Source: Octopus vulgaris
Lineage: Eukaryota
Direction of reading: 5' to 3'
Length of the DNA stretch: 64,000 bases
Assembly (NCBI GenBank): GCA_951406725.2
Contig: OX597831.1
Coordinates: forward strand, 61,876,001-61,940,000
Shown: positions 39,126-54,712 of the stretch, piece by piece
How the letters are laid out: each line of letters begins with the position of its first letter
Numbering within the stretch: position 1 is the first letter of the stretch
The notes under the pieces: generated by a model
Seen by the model: only the letters and a program-made list of their open reading frames with translations
What the model was told of the DNA's origin: nothing
The model's database searches: none
Translations under genes and position numbers: made by a program

Positions 39126-42100
39126 TACATACGTACATATATATACGTGTGTGCGTGTGTGTGTGTATTATACAAACAGACACACGTATATATAGATAGA
39201 CGTATAGATATAGATAAACATGCAAGCTACCACCATTACTCCATCACAATATTAAGATACAAATTACCTTGGAAATGTGAGACCTACAAAAAAAAATCAC
39301 TTCATATATTTAACTAATGTGTCTTTCAGACCTGTATTATTCCGTTTCCTGTAAAAAAAATATCACACCAATAGAAGATAAACAAAAAGCAAATAATCTA
39401 TTCATAGATTTTCCATTGCCAGATTTCTTTTCTTGTCTCCTTCTAATTGTCTCTGGTTTTCGTTTGTTTACGTTTGTTCCTATACTTCCTATTTAAATAA
39501 AATAATAATGAATACTAAATATGCAAATGTAGTTATGATAGCGGGTACAGACTCTTTGTATACACATCACTGGAATATTAAAGAGGCAGCGGCTCAGAAC
39601 ATTAGGTAAGCAAATTAATTTTTATTTGTTCATAAAGCCTACGAATATATTTATTTCACATTTACAACGCTAGAAAGTGAGGAAGTTAGTGATAGTCTGC
39701 GTTGACAAATATCAAAACAAAATGACATAATGGAATACTTTTTAGCCCCCGTATTCATCATAGATATAATAATTTTTCTTCATGCACACAATTCTAAACG
39801 CATTTATGCAGAAACACCATTAAATTTTTTATTTCCGCTGAATAATTCTTCATACAACAGATATTTTTTTCTTACTCGCGGCGAATAATTTATCCCATTT
39901 AAAGATATTTTCTGTGTCATTCTCGTCATTGGAACATCTTTTGATTTTAGGTGGTAATGTATCTACTTTCAGTTAAAGCAGCATCTTTACTCTTACATTA
40001 CTTGCAGTCTAAACTTTGTCTTCTTGGCAGATTAGATTCTAAATCATGGTTAAGACATTGTGGTATATCACTTACAACCAACCACACACATCAAAATGAT
40101 TGCCAGACTCAATTCTAATTCCTTACAATTTCGTTTCTCTAACTACATCTTTGGATAGTTTATTTTCTTTTTCATTTCCAATCTCCTGTCTCACTTATCA
40201 AATCGTAGCCAGTGAAATTCCTTCCAATGTTATTATGAAAACGAAAACCTGTAATTGCGGGAATTTCAGGAACCAAACCTTTATGGAAAGAACCGAAAAT
40301 ACAAATTCCGATGACAACTACGTGGTTTGCTTGTTTATAAAGTATCATTGGCATTAATGCTTGGAATGTGGAACTGATATTGGTTTTAGTTCTCAAAGAA
40401 AACATCAGTTTGGGGAGAATAATGATATTGATTCAATTCCCCTTATACAAGACTTTATAGTGGATATCTAGAGTGATAGACATTACACTAATTTTATATT
40501 TGTGTGAAGTTGAACCACATAGATGTTATACTAAAATATTTCTACAATACAATGTGAATGCATCTCTATAAAAAAATGCGATATGCTGCTATCATACACC
40601 AGAATATACACGTTTCGTGTAGATGAAAGAAACACGTACCGAAAGCTATCTTTTAGAGAAATATATTTTACCTCTAGAATGCAGCTTACTCAATGATAAA
40701 TAAGTTAATTGATTGGCTTTTCTTTCTTAATGAAAAATAAAGCAAAAATAATTATATGCAATTGTTAAGAAAACAAAGGATTGGAGGAAGAGATGATTTC
40801 AAAACGTTAAGAATAAATTTGGCAAAACATATTTACATGCTTAGGCGATAGATTTTACTTTTCTTGCCCGTGAGGATACATATTTCGCGATTTTGTGAAA
40901 ATAATTCCTAATGTATAAAAATTTGTCTGATATTATCAATTTTCGCAATATCTCTCATCTGACAGAAGACAAAATGTTATTTTCAATCGATTAGGAGAGG
41001 CTATGAATTTGTTTTTCTAATACATTACGCATTAATTAATCTCAACTCATGTCATCGTGCCATTTTACTTGTTTTCCTTGCCTAATTATAATTTTTGATT
41101 ATATCAATTATTACTGTTATCAAGTCATTATAACACTTTTCCATATATCAGGCAGCCTGCATCTAAGGAACGTACGCAGAGTATCCGATACATTTCCGTT
41201 TAATAATACTGAAATACGTTGTACCTTTGCCTACAAAACCAGATTTTCCTTTATCTATTTTGTTATTTCTTGAAGTTATCTTTGCACATTTTGAAGAGTC
41301 GTTAGGAATTCGCATTTTTTTTGTCAAGTTAAGGGAGAAGTATTATTTTTTTTTTTTTTGTTTTTGTTCATACGTCACGCGATAAATCATGCATTCTTAA
41401 TTCAAGCCACTGGCCAGCTTGATATATTCCTTCAACTCATTTTGATTTTAGCTATTTGGTAAACGCATTCACGTCTATGCATGCATATTTAACACTGCAG
41501 GGCAGTGAATACTTGCAGAGTGGGAGTGTGTTGCAGCGTACAAACTGTTGCAAAGATATCACGAATTGCATTTAAATTTGCTACACACGTACGTGTAGTA
41601 ATAAATTAAGTGAAAAATTCTTAAGGTCGATCACAAAATTTTCCTTTATGGTGGAAAACAGTATTTCATTTTCTACCAATTTCTGTAATAAATCTGCCAT
41701 TCCCAACTAATTCCACTTCAATTTCCTTTATCGCATAGAATACTTTTCTCAGAAATTTCTAAGGTTCCTTTTCATGTCAGTATATCTTATATAGATTTTC
41801 TGCACCAAGTAACATTGTATTGTCATTATATTTCTACAAATAATTTCAATTTTAATATTTCTGCTAAAGAATAATTACGGAACACTTACCTACAAAAATA
41901 GATCATTTACTGCATTTAAAAATAGAACGCTATATAGTATGAGAAAATTGATTTATCTTAAAAATTCAAATTTACCGGAATACATATATATATAAATATA
42001 ATATACATATATTATAAGTATAATATATATAATATAATATATATATATAGATAGATATAGATACATGGTTTATATATATACATACCTTATATATATATAT

Positions 42101-42306
42101 AGATAGACATACATACATAATTTTTATATATAAATGACTTATAAAATAACTTATAAAATAAGCTATATATTTTATTTTATAAGTCATTTGTAACTTTAAC
42201 TTTTAAAGGTATTTTTTAATATGCTGGCCATTCATAAAATTTTTTCTCGAAAAAATTTTATCCTGCATTAGATGTTAATTTATATATATATATATATATA
42301 TATATA

Positions 42307-42616
42307 GTGAGAATTTAGAAAAAATAAAAGTCGGGTGTGTAAACAGCAAACAGATGTATTAGTTTAACACTCGGGTAGTGAGAAAGTCTTTTACGTTTGG
42401 AGCCTATTCTCTTCGACAGAAAGGAACACAGAAATAAACAGGGAGAGAAAATAAAAAATGTTTAGTGGCTAGTAATCTATCATGGCGAGTGCCGGACAGA
42501 GGGTTCGCACAGGAGAGCTAGGAAGAAGAGGAAATAATAAAGTAGTGCTGTTCCCAAAACGAAGGTGAGCATGCGTGTGTATGTGAGAGCGTGTATATAG
42601 GTGCGGTTGGGGGGGG

Positions 42617-42618
<2 letters not shown>
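42307..42618 (-). mobile_element. Putative PLE pLTR fragment with decayed A6U hammerhead-like motif, between (TA)n tracts
   Basis: Inverted homologue of 45350-45575; motif on minus strand 42388-42423: cttt-CTGTCGA-a-gagaataggctc-CAAA-cg-TA-aaag. Confidence 0.6.
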
Positions 42619-42651
<33 letters not shown>

Positions 42652-42670
42652 AATGATTTATATATATATA

Positions 42671-44196
<1,526 letters not shown>

Positions 44197-44202
<6 letters not shown>

Positions 44203-44555
44203 GATGTACTCGCATAGCAAGTAATTTGATCTGAGATCGTGTGCTGAAACGAAAACAATTGCAGCGTGGAAGGTGTTTATAAGCCATTTAAGAAACACCC
44301 AAAAGCCGTTCGATTTACTCCAACATTTAAGTTTAATTTGTCAAAATATTTTCGTCGCTAAAATCCGCGACCTGTTCACTGACAAAGTCCGTGCTGCATC
44401 CGTGCTGAGATGCAGCACGGACTTTGTCAGTGAACAGGTCGCGGATTTTAGCGACGAAAATATTTTGACAAATTAAACTTAAATGTTGGAGTGAATCGAA
44501 CGGCTTTTGTGTGTTTCTTAAATGGCTTATAAACACCTTCCACGCTGCAATTGTT
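44197..44555 (-). mobile_element. Palindromic non-coding element in (TA)n with a hammerhead variant in each arm
   Basis: 147-bp arms 44254-44400 / 44409-44555, near-perfect, with 8-nt spacer cgtgctga. Confidence 0.85.
44423..44472 (+). ncRNA. Minimal hammerhead ribozyme, G3-C8 variant (mirror copy 44337-44386 on minus strand)
   Basis: tttgtca-GTGAACA-g-gtcgc ggatttta gcgac-GAAA-atat-TT-tgacaaa; 7-bp helix I, 5-bp helix II, palindromic helix III. Confidence 0.7.
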
Positions 44556-44591
44556 GTATATATATACATATATATATAAATATATATATAG

Positions 44592-44635
<44 letters not shown>

Positions 44636-45339
44636 GAATATATTTAAACATTATTTATACATACATACCTGTATATAAATATATATATATATATAACTTT
44701 ACACACGAAATTCCCTCCCCGCACCTAATTATACGTACATAGAATTATTCGTATACATATGTCTATATGTGTATGTATGTTCATATATACATATATATGC
44801 GCATATACCCAGCCACACACACTCACATATATAGCTAGAGATTTAGAGAGGGAAATAAAATTGTATCTAATGCGGTGATGTAATAGGAATATAGAATAAA
44901 TATTCACGCTTACAACTAAGATTCCAACCTGAACAGCGATTAAAAGAAAAGGGATATCGTTGCTACCTAGAAATGAATGGCCCTACTGTCTGTTATTCCG
45001 CACAAGCCTTCTAGTTATTATCGAGCTCACTCTCTCTTCCATGGCACTGGTAACTATTAAGGATATTCCCTAATTCTTACTCTCTGAGCCAGACAGTTGC
45101 GTTTATATGGAAATTTTCGTTCGATGAGATATGCGCCAAAATGAGCAGCTATTTTAGAAACCACTATAAGAGACTTTATGCACAACGTCTTACCTCTTTA
45201 TTTATATGAATATATTTTATATAAATGCTACAACTCTACAATTATGTTTAAATTATAAATTCCATACTCTAAAGTGATACCACATGTTTTGTCTGTGTTT
45301 TCTTGTATCTATATATTTATCTCTCTCTCTCTCTCTCTG

Positions 45340-45576
45340 TCCATGCATTTGTCTGTCTATCTGTTTGAGTCTCTGTCTGTCGCCATGATTGATCGTCAGC
45401 CACTACACGCAATTTCTTCTCTCGTTTCTCTCCTTGTTTTTTCTGTGTCCCTTTCTATATAAGAGCGTAGGCTCGAAACGTAAAAGACTTTGAAATTCCT
45501 GAGAGTTACACTAATACATCTGTTTGTTTTGTACACCACCTATCTTCATCTTTTGTTTTTTTCGTAAACTCTCTCT
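45340..45576 (+). mobile_element. Putative PLE pLTR fragment, 42307 family
   Basis: cttt-ctatata-a-gagc gtag gctc-GAAA-cg-TA-aaag at 45451-45486; flanked by (CT)n and (CTAT)n. Confidence 0.6.
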
Positions 45577-45807
<231 letters not shown>

Positions 45808-46541
45808 CGCGCACACACACGCATCCACACACACAAGTATACATATATAAATTTAGATATACGTATTCACACATATATATTTAGAATACCACTATGCTCT
45901 TAATCTTTTCCTACTTGCCTTTTTTTATTTCCATATCACACACCTGTTCTTTTCAAATTATGGATCCCTGACATTTATTTTTACCAACCTTTCTAGGTCT
46001 TCTTCATCACATCATCTGGACATGGAGTGATATTGGCTTCTATTAATCCCGTTTTAGAGTTGGTAAATTTTGTTAGGTAGACTATATTGTCAGAAAGTTT
46101 TATGTTGATTTTTAAGCCAGAATTTCAAAGTCGGTATATTAGCGCTACACGTTAGGGGATTCATTTTTTTTCTCTTCGTGGTTAGAGCTACACGTCCTTG
46201 GAGAGCTATTTAACCTGGTTGTGACGTATTTATGTTCTTTGTTGGCTGTAACGTCTGTATAAAGATATCCTTTGTAGAAATGAGACACTACAGATGTCGA
46301 CACAGTACATATGTCGACACGTAGATGAGCCAGAGGCAAACTGGTAACTTTGATAAAGATGAATTTTACGATCTTTGTTTCTCTAAACTAATTATAATGG
46401 TCTGATACGCAGATTCAGAAAAGAAATGACTGAAAAAGATTAAAATGAAATATAGACGTATTTTCAATATATATAATTTTAAATGGAAAGGCGTTTTCCG
46501 TACGTAATACAGACAGACACACAAACACATATCCACCACAT

Positions 46542-46542
<1 letters not shown>

Positions 46543-46633
<91 letters not shown>

Positions 46634-46720
46634 TTATCTATCTGTATCTATCTCCCTCTGTGTGTGTGTGCGTGTGTGTGTGTGCGTGTGTGTGTGCGCG
46701 TGTGTGTGTGTGTGGTGTGT
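46543..46720. repeat. (CTAT)n plus (GT)n microsatellite
   Basis: Direct inspection. Confidence 0.95.
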
Positions 46721-47842
46721 ACGTTTATGCATACATACATAATCCAAGAGCACAAACCTCGTACGCATTCAATTTTGATAATGTATTTATAATCTACAGA
46801 TCTTGGCATTACTATATTTTAAACAAAATAATTTAGTTCTGATTTACACTCAAATGATTAGAAATAAATGTATTGCCAAATAGAAGAACATATCATTTAA
46901 AGTTGGGGCAAAAGTTTTGATGTGGTTAAATTTTGATCAATATGAACATCAGCTCAAAATGGCTGTCCAGCTTTAAATTCAGTTTTCTTCTATTACGCAA
47001 ACATTCTTTACAGTTATTTCTAATCGCTTGGGTTTAATTATAAGCAGAAATATATAACTTACTTTCTTTCAAATATGTAATTATCTCGTAAGAGCATAGA
47101 CACTGAGGCCCCGCCTCGAACAGTATACTGCACTTCATCATCTGGCAGGTAATATATAACTTTTGCTTCGTTGTCTAAGAGAGTTAATCACCATTGTAGT
47201 GTTCAGTAGCTTTGTTATATGCAGCTATAGCTTATTTACTGACTTTTATTTGGTCGAATCATAAGTAGAAAACACTTCAAATGCTGATTTCTACGTTTGA
47301 ATACTATCATCATTAATGTAATATAATCATTTTGCCTGGTGGCAGAGTCAAAGTTGTTGCTACAGTCTCTTCCTCTGCAGCATGTTATGATTGCTAGTTT
47401 CGAGATTTGGAATGAACTTGGTCTCTTTTCTTGCAAAGATGTTTTGCAGGCGATTGAGGAAGATTATAGCAATGGCTATATTCATGAGACGAACGCATAA
47501 TCATTTCACAATGGTCTTCCCAGAAGTTGCGATTTTTTTCATGATGTTAATTTTGATGATATTGGTCGGGTCAGCAAGAACTCCCTGTGATTCACATAAT
47601 TTCCGACAATAAAAAAATAGCAAGTTGAGTCAAGAAAAAACAGCTGAGCCGATTTAAGAAATATGCAGATGTGCAAAATATCTGCGGAATGAATTAATGT
47701 GTATGGAGAAACATGCCTTTGAATAGGAACGGACACTGAAACATGCATGGGAAATTAATTTTATGTCAATACATACATGCATATATATACATTTATCTAT
47801 ACACACATAAATCACATACATCTATTTATGTATATGTAAATA

Positions 47843-48008
47843 TCACCGTGACTGACCAGGCTATCAGATGTTGCTACACATCGCTGGCCACAATGCGCTT
47901 CGCATTGTTTTAAGATTCAAATGACGCCACCTCACTGGCTAAGCGAGCAGGCCAACAGAAGAAAGAGTGAGAGAAAGTTGTGGCGAAAGAGTACAGCAGG
48001 GATCGCCG
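47843..48008 (-). mobile_element. Probable RTE-type LINE 3' end or LINE-related tail
   Basis: Shares gagagaaagttgtggcgaaagagt(a)cagcag with the SINE tails at 19943 and 62263; RTE assignment is from recall. Confidence 0.55.
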
Positions 48009-48171
48009 CGATCCTACGACCGATAATTAGTATTATACTAATTATCTTTTTTTAATAATTTTGACATATATTTAAAATAGTATAAATTAATTAATCTTAT
48101 GTATTGGCTTAAGTTTTTCATTGTATGATTTGCCTAATAGTGGTTTTATCTCTAATTTAATATAATATATG

Positions 48172-48217
<46 letters not shown>

Positions 48218-48218
<1 letters not shown>

Positions 48219-48426
48219 TGGGTTGTCCAGGAAGAGTTTATGCCGATTTTTAAAGGAAAGAAAAATGTCAATAAATACTTGCCATTACATTTTTAATCAA
48301 CCAAATAAGAACAATTTTGTTGCACAACGCATATCAATCCTTCCTATTTTATGGACTCAACCATGTTCTAAAGTAAGTCGAAAGGTAAGTTACTATAAAT
48401 CGGCACGAACTTTCCGGACAACCCAA
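48218..48426. mobile_element. Mariner-derived MITE inserted in (TA)n
   Basis: TIRs ttgggttgtcc..tgccgattt / aaatcggca..ggacaacccaa-TA. Confidence 0.85.
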
Positions 48427-48429
48427 TAT

Positions 48430-48494
<65 letters not shown>

Positions 48495-48811
48495 CATATA
48501 TGCACCATTCATTCAGACGTTTCTCTTTTTTCTTTTCTATTTCTTTCTCTCTCCATCTGTTTTCTCTCCCGATTACTTTGGTATGTGTGCGTAGACTCGC
48601 AACACGATAAAAACTTCTTCCATTTTCCATGGGCGTCAAACGAATACACCTTCTTTTGCTGTTCACCAGTCTTCGGTTTCTGTTTATATTTTGCATATAT
48701 TTGAACCACGCACACACGCACATATTTACATATATCAATATGTGTGCATACATATAGATATATTTGTTCGTGATAGGGCTATGTGTTAGTGCGTCTACTT
48801 ATATATAAATA

Positions 48812-48844
<33 letters not shown>

Positions 48845-49768
48845 CTTCCAAAAATCATATGCTAATATTTCACACGAAACTGTACTAGCGCACACACGTT
48901 CACTTATTTATCAAACGATCTATTCAAATGAGTCTTAGAGGAATAGATTATGGTTATAATCGAATATCAGTTTTAAGAAACCTAAATAAGATATTGATGG
49001 TTATTTCCCAGCACCTTTCATTATATACTACTCCTACTTTTACTACTACTATTGTTATTATTATTACTTTTATTATTACTATCATTAAGTACGTTGAATT
49101 GCCGTAAAATTCGGTAGATTATTTTCTCGCAACCAATTGGTTTTTCTTCATTCAATATAATGAAAATCGCCAAATGACTATCTTGTTAATCTCTCATGAT
49201 CACGTCTTTAATTATATATTTATTGACGAAACCATAGTATTTGTATTAATAAAACAGTCGTGTCCATACGCTACTTTTAAAAAAATGAATGCCAACGTGG
49301 GAATTGAATTTATGCCAATAATTCTCCTGAACAATATAAAGTATTACAAAACAAATATTTAGTGACATATTTTTCAGTAAAAATAGAAAGAAAAATATTC
49401 TCATTCCTTTTTGATTTATGTTTTTTTTCTTGGGCTTTTATTGATTAGTATGTCAGCTGAAGAAAATGACGAACCAATTCCACTGACAATGGAATAATGT
49501 TCGTTTTAAACGAACATTATTGCATTGTGTTCGGTTTTAAATAGTCATAAACTGTTCTAAAGAAAACCTTTCGATATCCGTAAATGAGGTTGAATAGGCG
49601 CAAATTAAAATAACGTTATACTGATTCCTACTCGCGCGTGCGTATGTCTTTACACATACATACATCAATACATACATCCATACATACATAATACATACAT
49701 ATACTTATAATATACATATACATATATATATATATACATACATATATATGTATATATATACATATATA

Positions 49769-49815
<47 letters not shown>

Positions 49816-49845
49816 TCATATATATGTATGTATCTATATATATTT

Positions 49846-50076
49846 TTTTCTTTACTGCCCACAAGAGGCTAAACATAGAAGGGACAAACAAGGACAAACA
49901 AACGGATTAAGTCGATTACATCGACCCCAGTTCGAAACTGGTACTTTATTTATCGACCCCGAAAGGATGAAAGGCAAAGTCGACCTCGGTGGAATTTGAA
50001 CTGTGAACGTAACGGCAAGACGAAATACTGCTAAGCATCCCGCCCTGCGTGCTAACGTTTCTGCCTGCTCGCCGCC
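49846..50076 (-). mobile_element. Nin-domain-like SINE
   Basis: High similarity to the 13184 copy. Confidence 0.9.
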
Positions 50077-50089
50077 ATATATATATATA

Positions 50090-50120
<31 letters not shown>

Positions 50121-50152
50121 GTATGCATATCTATAGCCATTCCTACGCCTTA

Positions 50153-50511
50153 TAGGCGTAGGACTGACTGTGTGGTGCAAGTAGCTTGATTACCAACCAC
50201 ATGGTTCCGGGTTGAGTTCCACTGTGCGGCACCTTGGGCAATTGTCTTCTACTATAGCATCGAGTCGACCAAAGCCTTGTGAGGGGATTTGGTAGACGGA
50301 AACTCAAAGAAGCCCGTCGTATATATGTATATATACGTATGCGTGAGTGTATGTTTGTGTGTCTGTGTTTGTCCCCCAACATCGCTTGACGACCGATAGA
50401 ATAAGTACCAGGCTTACAAAGAATAAGTCCTGGGATCGATATGCTCGACTAAAGGCGGTGCTCCCACATGGCCACAGTCCCATGACTGAAACAAGCAAAA
50501 GAGTAAAAGAG
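50153..50511 (+). mobile_element. SINE, 10204 family
   Basis: Full-length similarity to 10204 and 22665. Confidence 0.88.
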
Positions 50512-50681
50512 TATATATATATATTTATGAATATTTCGAGCCTGCAATGACAATGAAAGTCACTGTAGGAGGCATGACACCAAAAGAACGTCTTGGCATT
50601 CCGCATAAGATATATGTTACCCGTAAGTGTATACATACTTACGTAAATATATAAATATGTATATGTTATATAATATATATG

Positions 50682-50920
50682 TTCATATATAAAAAGTGTA
50701 TAGTATTTACACAGAAAGAGGCAACCTTTTTCAGGACGCCTTAAATGCCCTCTCTAGCATGTAAGGCGTCCTGTAAAGGGTTGCCTCTTTGTGTATCAAT
50801 ACTATACACTTTTATATATGAAAATATGTAGATTTTGATTTTAATTTCGCATGTTAACCACCAGTATGAAGATTTTTCTAAATTTTTACCCTTATAAGTT
50901 TTACGTATATCTATATATAT
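50682..50920. mobile_element. Fold-back element in TA-rich context
   Basis: ~66-bp inverted arms 50682-50748 / 50757-50822 with 8-nt spacer, plus a one-sided extension to the next TA run. Confidence 0.6.
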
Positions 50921-52283
50921 TCTTAATAATACTGTATGGGAATTCTCTGAATTGTTTTCAGTACTTAACTCTTTGTGCTAACGAAATGAATTACTAATTT
51001 TACTGTTATTCTGCAGAGCAGTTAAAAATGGAATCATGATATTTGTATATTTATTCTTAGCTTGAAAAATACATCATTTGACAACCAAAAGTTGTTACTG
51101 AAAGATTAACTTTGAGTAATGACCATCGACTATCGATTCCTGTCATACATGACGCGAGATGCCGTGTAGTCAACAACTGCCTCCGTCTTAGCATCTCAGT
51201 CACGATGTTTATCTATTGGACAGTTCCATACAAGGACTAAAGGGAAACGTATGATTATGATTAGATTTAACAGTCACTGTCGTGACAATGATGAATGTTC
51301 TTCAGGTTTCCTTTTCAATGGCTGTAAATCTGGAAACTAACACAAAATATACCAAACATCAATATCATTTTATAACAATCAAATAATATACTCTTCTTCT
51401 TGATGTTTCCTATATTTGCTGCACATACATAATTTAAATTTCTAGAAAATATTGAAGCTGTTGCAGCTTTACCGTGACCAGATTTTATTGGCATAAATCA
51501 CTCTATTCATTAAGCGGGATTTTTTCGAGACTATCTTCGTTAGCATTTCCTTCATTTTCTGCGCTCTTCGATCTATAAACGAAATCAACATGTATTTCAT
51601 GGACATATACTTTGTTAACCTTTTCAGAATAGCGATTTATTAACTTTTCTTTCCGAATTGTTAAACACTCTATGTATTCTAATGATTGAAATGTTTTTGA
51701 GGAACCAGAGGTGCTACGCAAAACCCTAATAGCTGAGGATAGGAGAGTTGGACAGGTCACTGTGAGTCAACTCTGTCCATAGTATGAAGACTATGGTAAT
51801 GGCATATAGTTGCATATTCTCACATTAAGTTTCGTTATATAATTATGAATTATTATAAATATTTTCACTTGAATTGGTTTTGTATCGCGGATTTTATATT
51901 TGACATTGCTTACGTATATTCCTCCGACATACATCTAATTCAATATATGAGGTTATACTTGTGTATGTGGTTGAGAGAGAGAAAAAGTGTGTGTGTGTGT
52001 ATGTGTGCGTATGTGTATTATATTCATTTGTATATTTCCATAGCGCCGATTGCTTAAAACGTCAGGGATGATGGACACCAGTTAATAGATGATAAATGCT
52101 ATTCTTTTGATTGTATTTGCAGGCAACATTTCAGTTTATCGACTCTGGAAAGCACAATCGCAACGCACTCAAGCTAAATGCAGCAAGAGATTTGATCGTC
52201 ACATCGACGAGTCCACAATCATAGGGAAGCCTTGTCTCCTGCTCTCTCTCTCTTTCTCTTTCTAAATATGTGTGTGTGCTCGC

Positions 52284-52324
<41 letters not shown>

Positions 52325-52507
52325 TATACATGTTTATGAATTTGTGTTACAAGATTCCTTGTAAATTGTATGTTGAAATCGTATGTTGAAACAGATATTG
52401 TTATATTTCGGGATGGTCATTTCTACTTTTTTTTGTCCAAATAAACACACGCACTATATATTCGTTCTACACTCGTTTGTTAGTGTTATTATTTTAACTA
52501 CCTCCAT

Positions 52508-52552
52508 TGTTCAGAAAAATTTCGTCACACATCTGTGACCTCTTCAGTGACA
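52508..52552 (-). ncRNA. Hammerhead-like motif with canonical core and extra G after A9; decayed mirror copy at 55162-55206 on plus strand
   Basis: tgtca-CTGAAGA-g-gtcac agatgt gtgac-GAAA-tttt-TC-tgaaca. Confidence 0.6.
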
Positions 52553-52766
52553 CTTTCCATCCTCGTGTATCGACCTGCTCCACTTAGTCTATTCTATGCT
52601 TTTATGACTTTTATCCTAATATGTGCATGCGTTTGCAACTGTATCTGTGTGTGTGTGTGTGTGCATGCGTGTCTGTGTATGCGTGTGCGTAAGTGTGTGC
52701 ATGTGTGTGTATGTAAGAGTACGTGCGTGTGCATGTGAGTGACTCTGTATTTCGCATGTGTGCTTA

Positions 52767-52817
<51 letters not shown>

Positions 52818-53269
52818 GCCCTTTATATTGTTGTTATGGTTATTGTCATTGTTCTTAGTGGTACTTTGACCCTTCTCTCACCTACGTTTCCTCTCACCTA
52901 CGTTGGTCCTGTTGCTGCTGTTCTTGAACCTTACTTTTCATATTGTTCCCCTACCTTTCCGTGTTTGTGTGTTCGTTCATGTTGTTCTTATCAAGATTGT
53001 TGTTGTCATTGATCGTGTTTTTGTTGATTTTTGCGACCGTTTGTGAAGTTGCTGTGCGGACGTTTGTGTGCGTATATGGATTTACTTACGATGTTGTTTG
53101 CGTCTGTGCATTTTATATGCTTTGATTTTTTTTGTTTATTTATTTAACTCTATTATAGGTATGTCCATATTCGCCATTTGTATGTATATTACACTGTTTG
53201 TACTAGTGTCCTTTTCTCTACCTTTTGACTTTAGTCGTCGTGTTGCGTGGTGTGGTGATGGCGGGTGTT

Positions 53270-54250
53270 ATTGTTTCATTCGTGTATTCTGTTGCGGCTC
53301 AGCCTGTATATTACTATGCGTGTTGCCTCTGTAATCTGTCTAAGTGTCGTGTCAGTTCTATGCATTAATAATACCTTAACATCTAAGCTTTTAACTAAGT
53401 CTCTCTGTTCTTCTTGAGCATGTTGATAGAGCACTGATGAACCTTTCCTCTCTTTGAGTTCCCGCCAGTCTCCGGCTATTCTTTCCCCTGTACTGCGTGC
53501 CGTCTCTTCACTTTAAGTTGTCGTTTTGTTTCTGTACTGTCCTTCAGTATACTGTAAGCTATAGACTATATTCCTAATCTTGCAGTTAACCTGTAAGTTC
53601 ATCCTACATATTGTACAATTGTTCTTCGTACAAGCGGAACTATCGAAGGGATAAGTTCTCCAATCAGGCGTTTTTTAGTGTATCCAAGACTTTCAAATTT
53701 AATCCGTAGATTTGCCTTATCTAATGCGTTTCTAAAAAGGTATGCTAGTTCGCCGCCAGGGCTAGCATCAATGAACATGACACTCTGGTATTTTATTTAT
53801 ACTATGAGTTGGCCTTATTTTTCTTTTTTCAGGTTTTTCCGGTGCTGTTTCAAGGTTTTTCTCCTGTAGAGCGGGCAGATCCCATTTGCATCATTCTCTA
53901 TGATGGTCGTGTACTTAAACCTGACTCATTTGTACGCTCTAATCTTGTACCTTTCTTTGTAGTCGAGAATCGCATGCGGTCGATGAAGTGTTGCATGTGC
54001 GGAATACATTCCGTATCACTATCACCAAATCCGCTATTAGAATATTGAACTTGGCATTGTCTGCATTATATGCATTCTTATGAACCAGGTATTTAGAGGA
54101 CATGGGTTTGGCATAATGGGAATGAAGGATCGGGACCTTATTATTCTTAGTTTCCAGTCAGAGTTCCGTGTCTAAAACAGGTAGCCGATAGTTCGGCTGC
54201 TTGTTAGTGTAGTCTATTGTTACTTTAATACCCTGGGGTACGGATAAAAA
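53270..54250 (-). pseudogene. PLE RT C-terminus plus GIY-YIG endonuclease pseudogene
   Basis: IKVTIDY..RLPVLDTEL; HYAKPMSSKYLVHKN..KFNILIADLV; CTKNNCTIC..NIVYSLQ..ETARSTGERI..SSVLYQHA..LRQITEA. Confidence 0.8.
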
Positions 54251-54384
54251 CAATATCATAAGCAAACCCATATGCACAAGCACACATACATAAACTTCAA
54301 AGATAGCCGCAACAACAGCAGAAACACGAACAACAACAACAACAACAACAACAACTACTACTACCACTACTACTACTACTACTA

Positions 54385-54712
54385 TTAGGAGCACTCCGTC
54401 GGTTACGACGACGAGGGTCTCAGCTGATACGATCAACGGAACAGCCTGCTCGTGAAATTAACGTGCAAGTGACTGACAAATCCACAGACACGTGTACACT
54501 TAACGTAGTTCTTAGGGAGATTCAGCGTGACACAAAGTGTGACAAGGCTGGCCCTTTGAAATACAGGTACAACTCATTTTTGCCAGCTGAGTGGACTGCA
54601 GCAATGTGAAATAAAGTGTCTTGCTCAAGGACACAATGCATCGCCGGGAATTGAACTCACGACCTTACGATCGTGAGCCGAATGCCCTAACCATTAAGCC
54701 ACGTGCCTTCAC
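54385..54712 (-). mobile_element. tRNA-derived SINE, 7200 family, in a (CTA)n tract
   Basis: Reverse complement aligns with 7200-7520 along its full length. Confidence 0.92.

Noticed and set aside
47391-47612. Small membrane protein ORF
   Set aside because: Short, non-ATG start, no recognisable family; expected by chance in AT-rich DNA
51145-51210. SECIS-like hairpin (atgac..gagatgc/gcatctc..gat)
   Set aside because: No AA at the required distance from the UGA/GA quartet and no linked UGA-containing ORF
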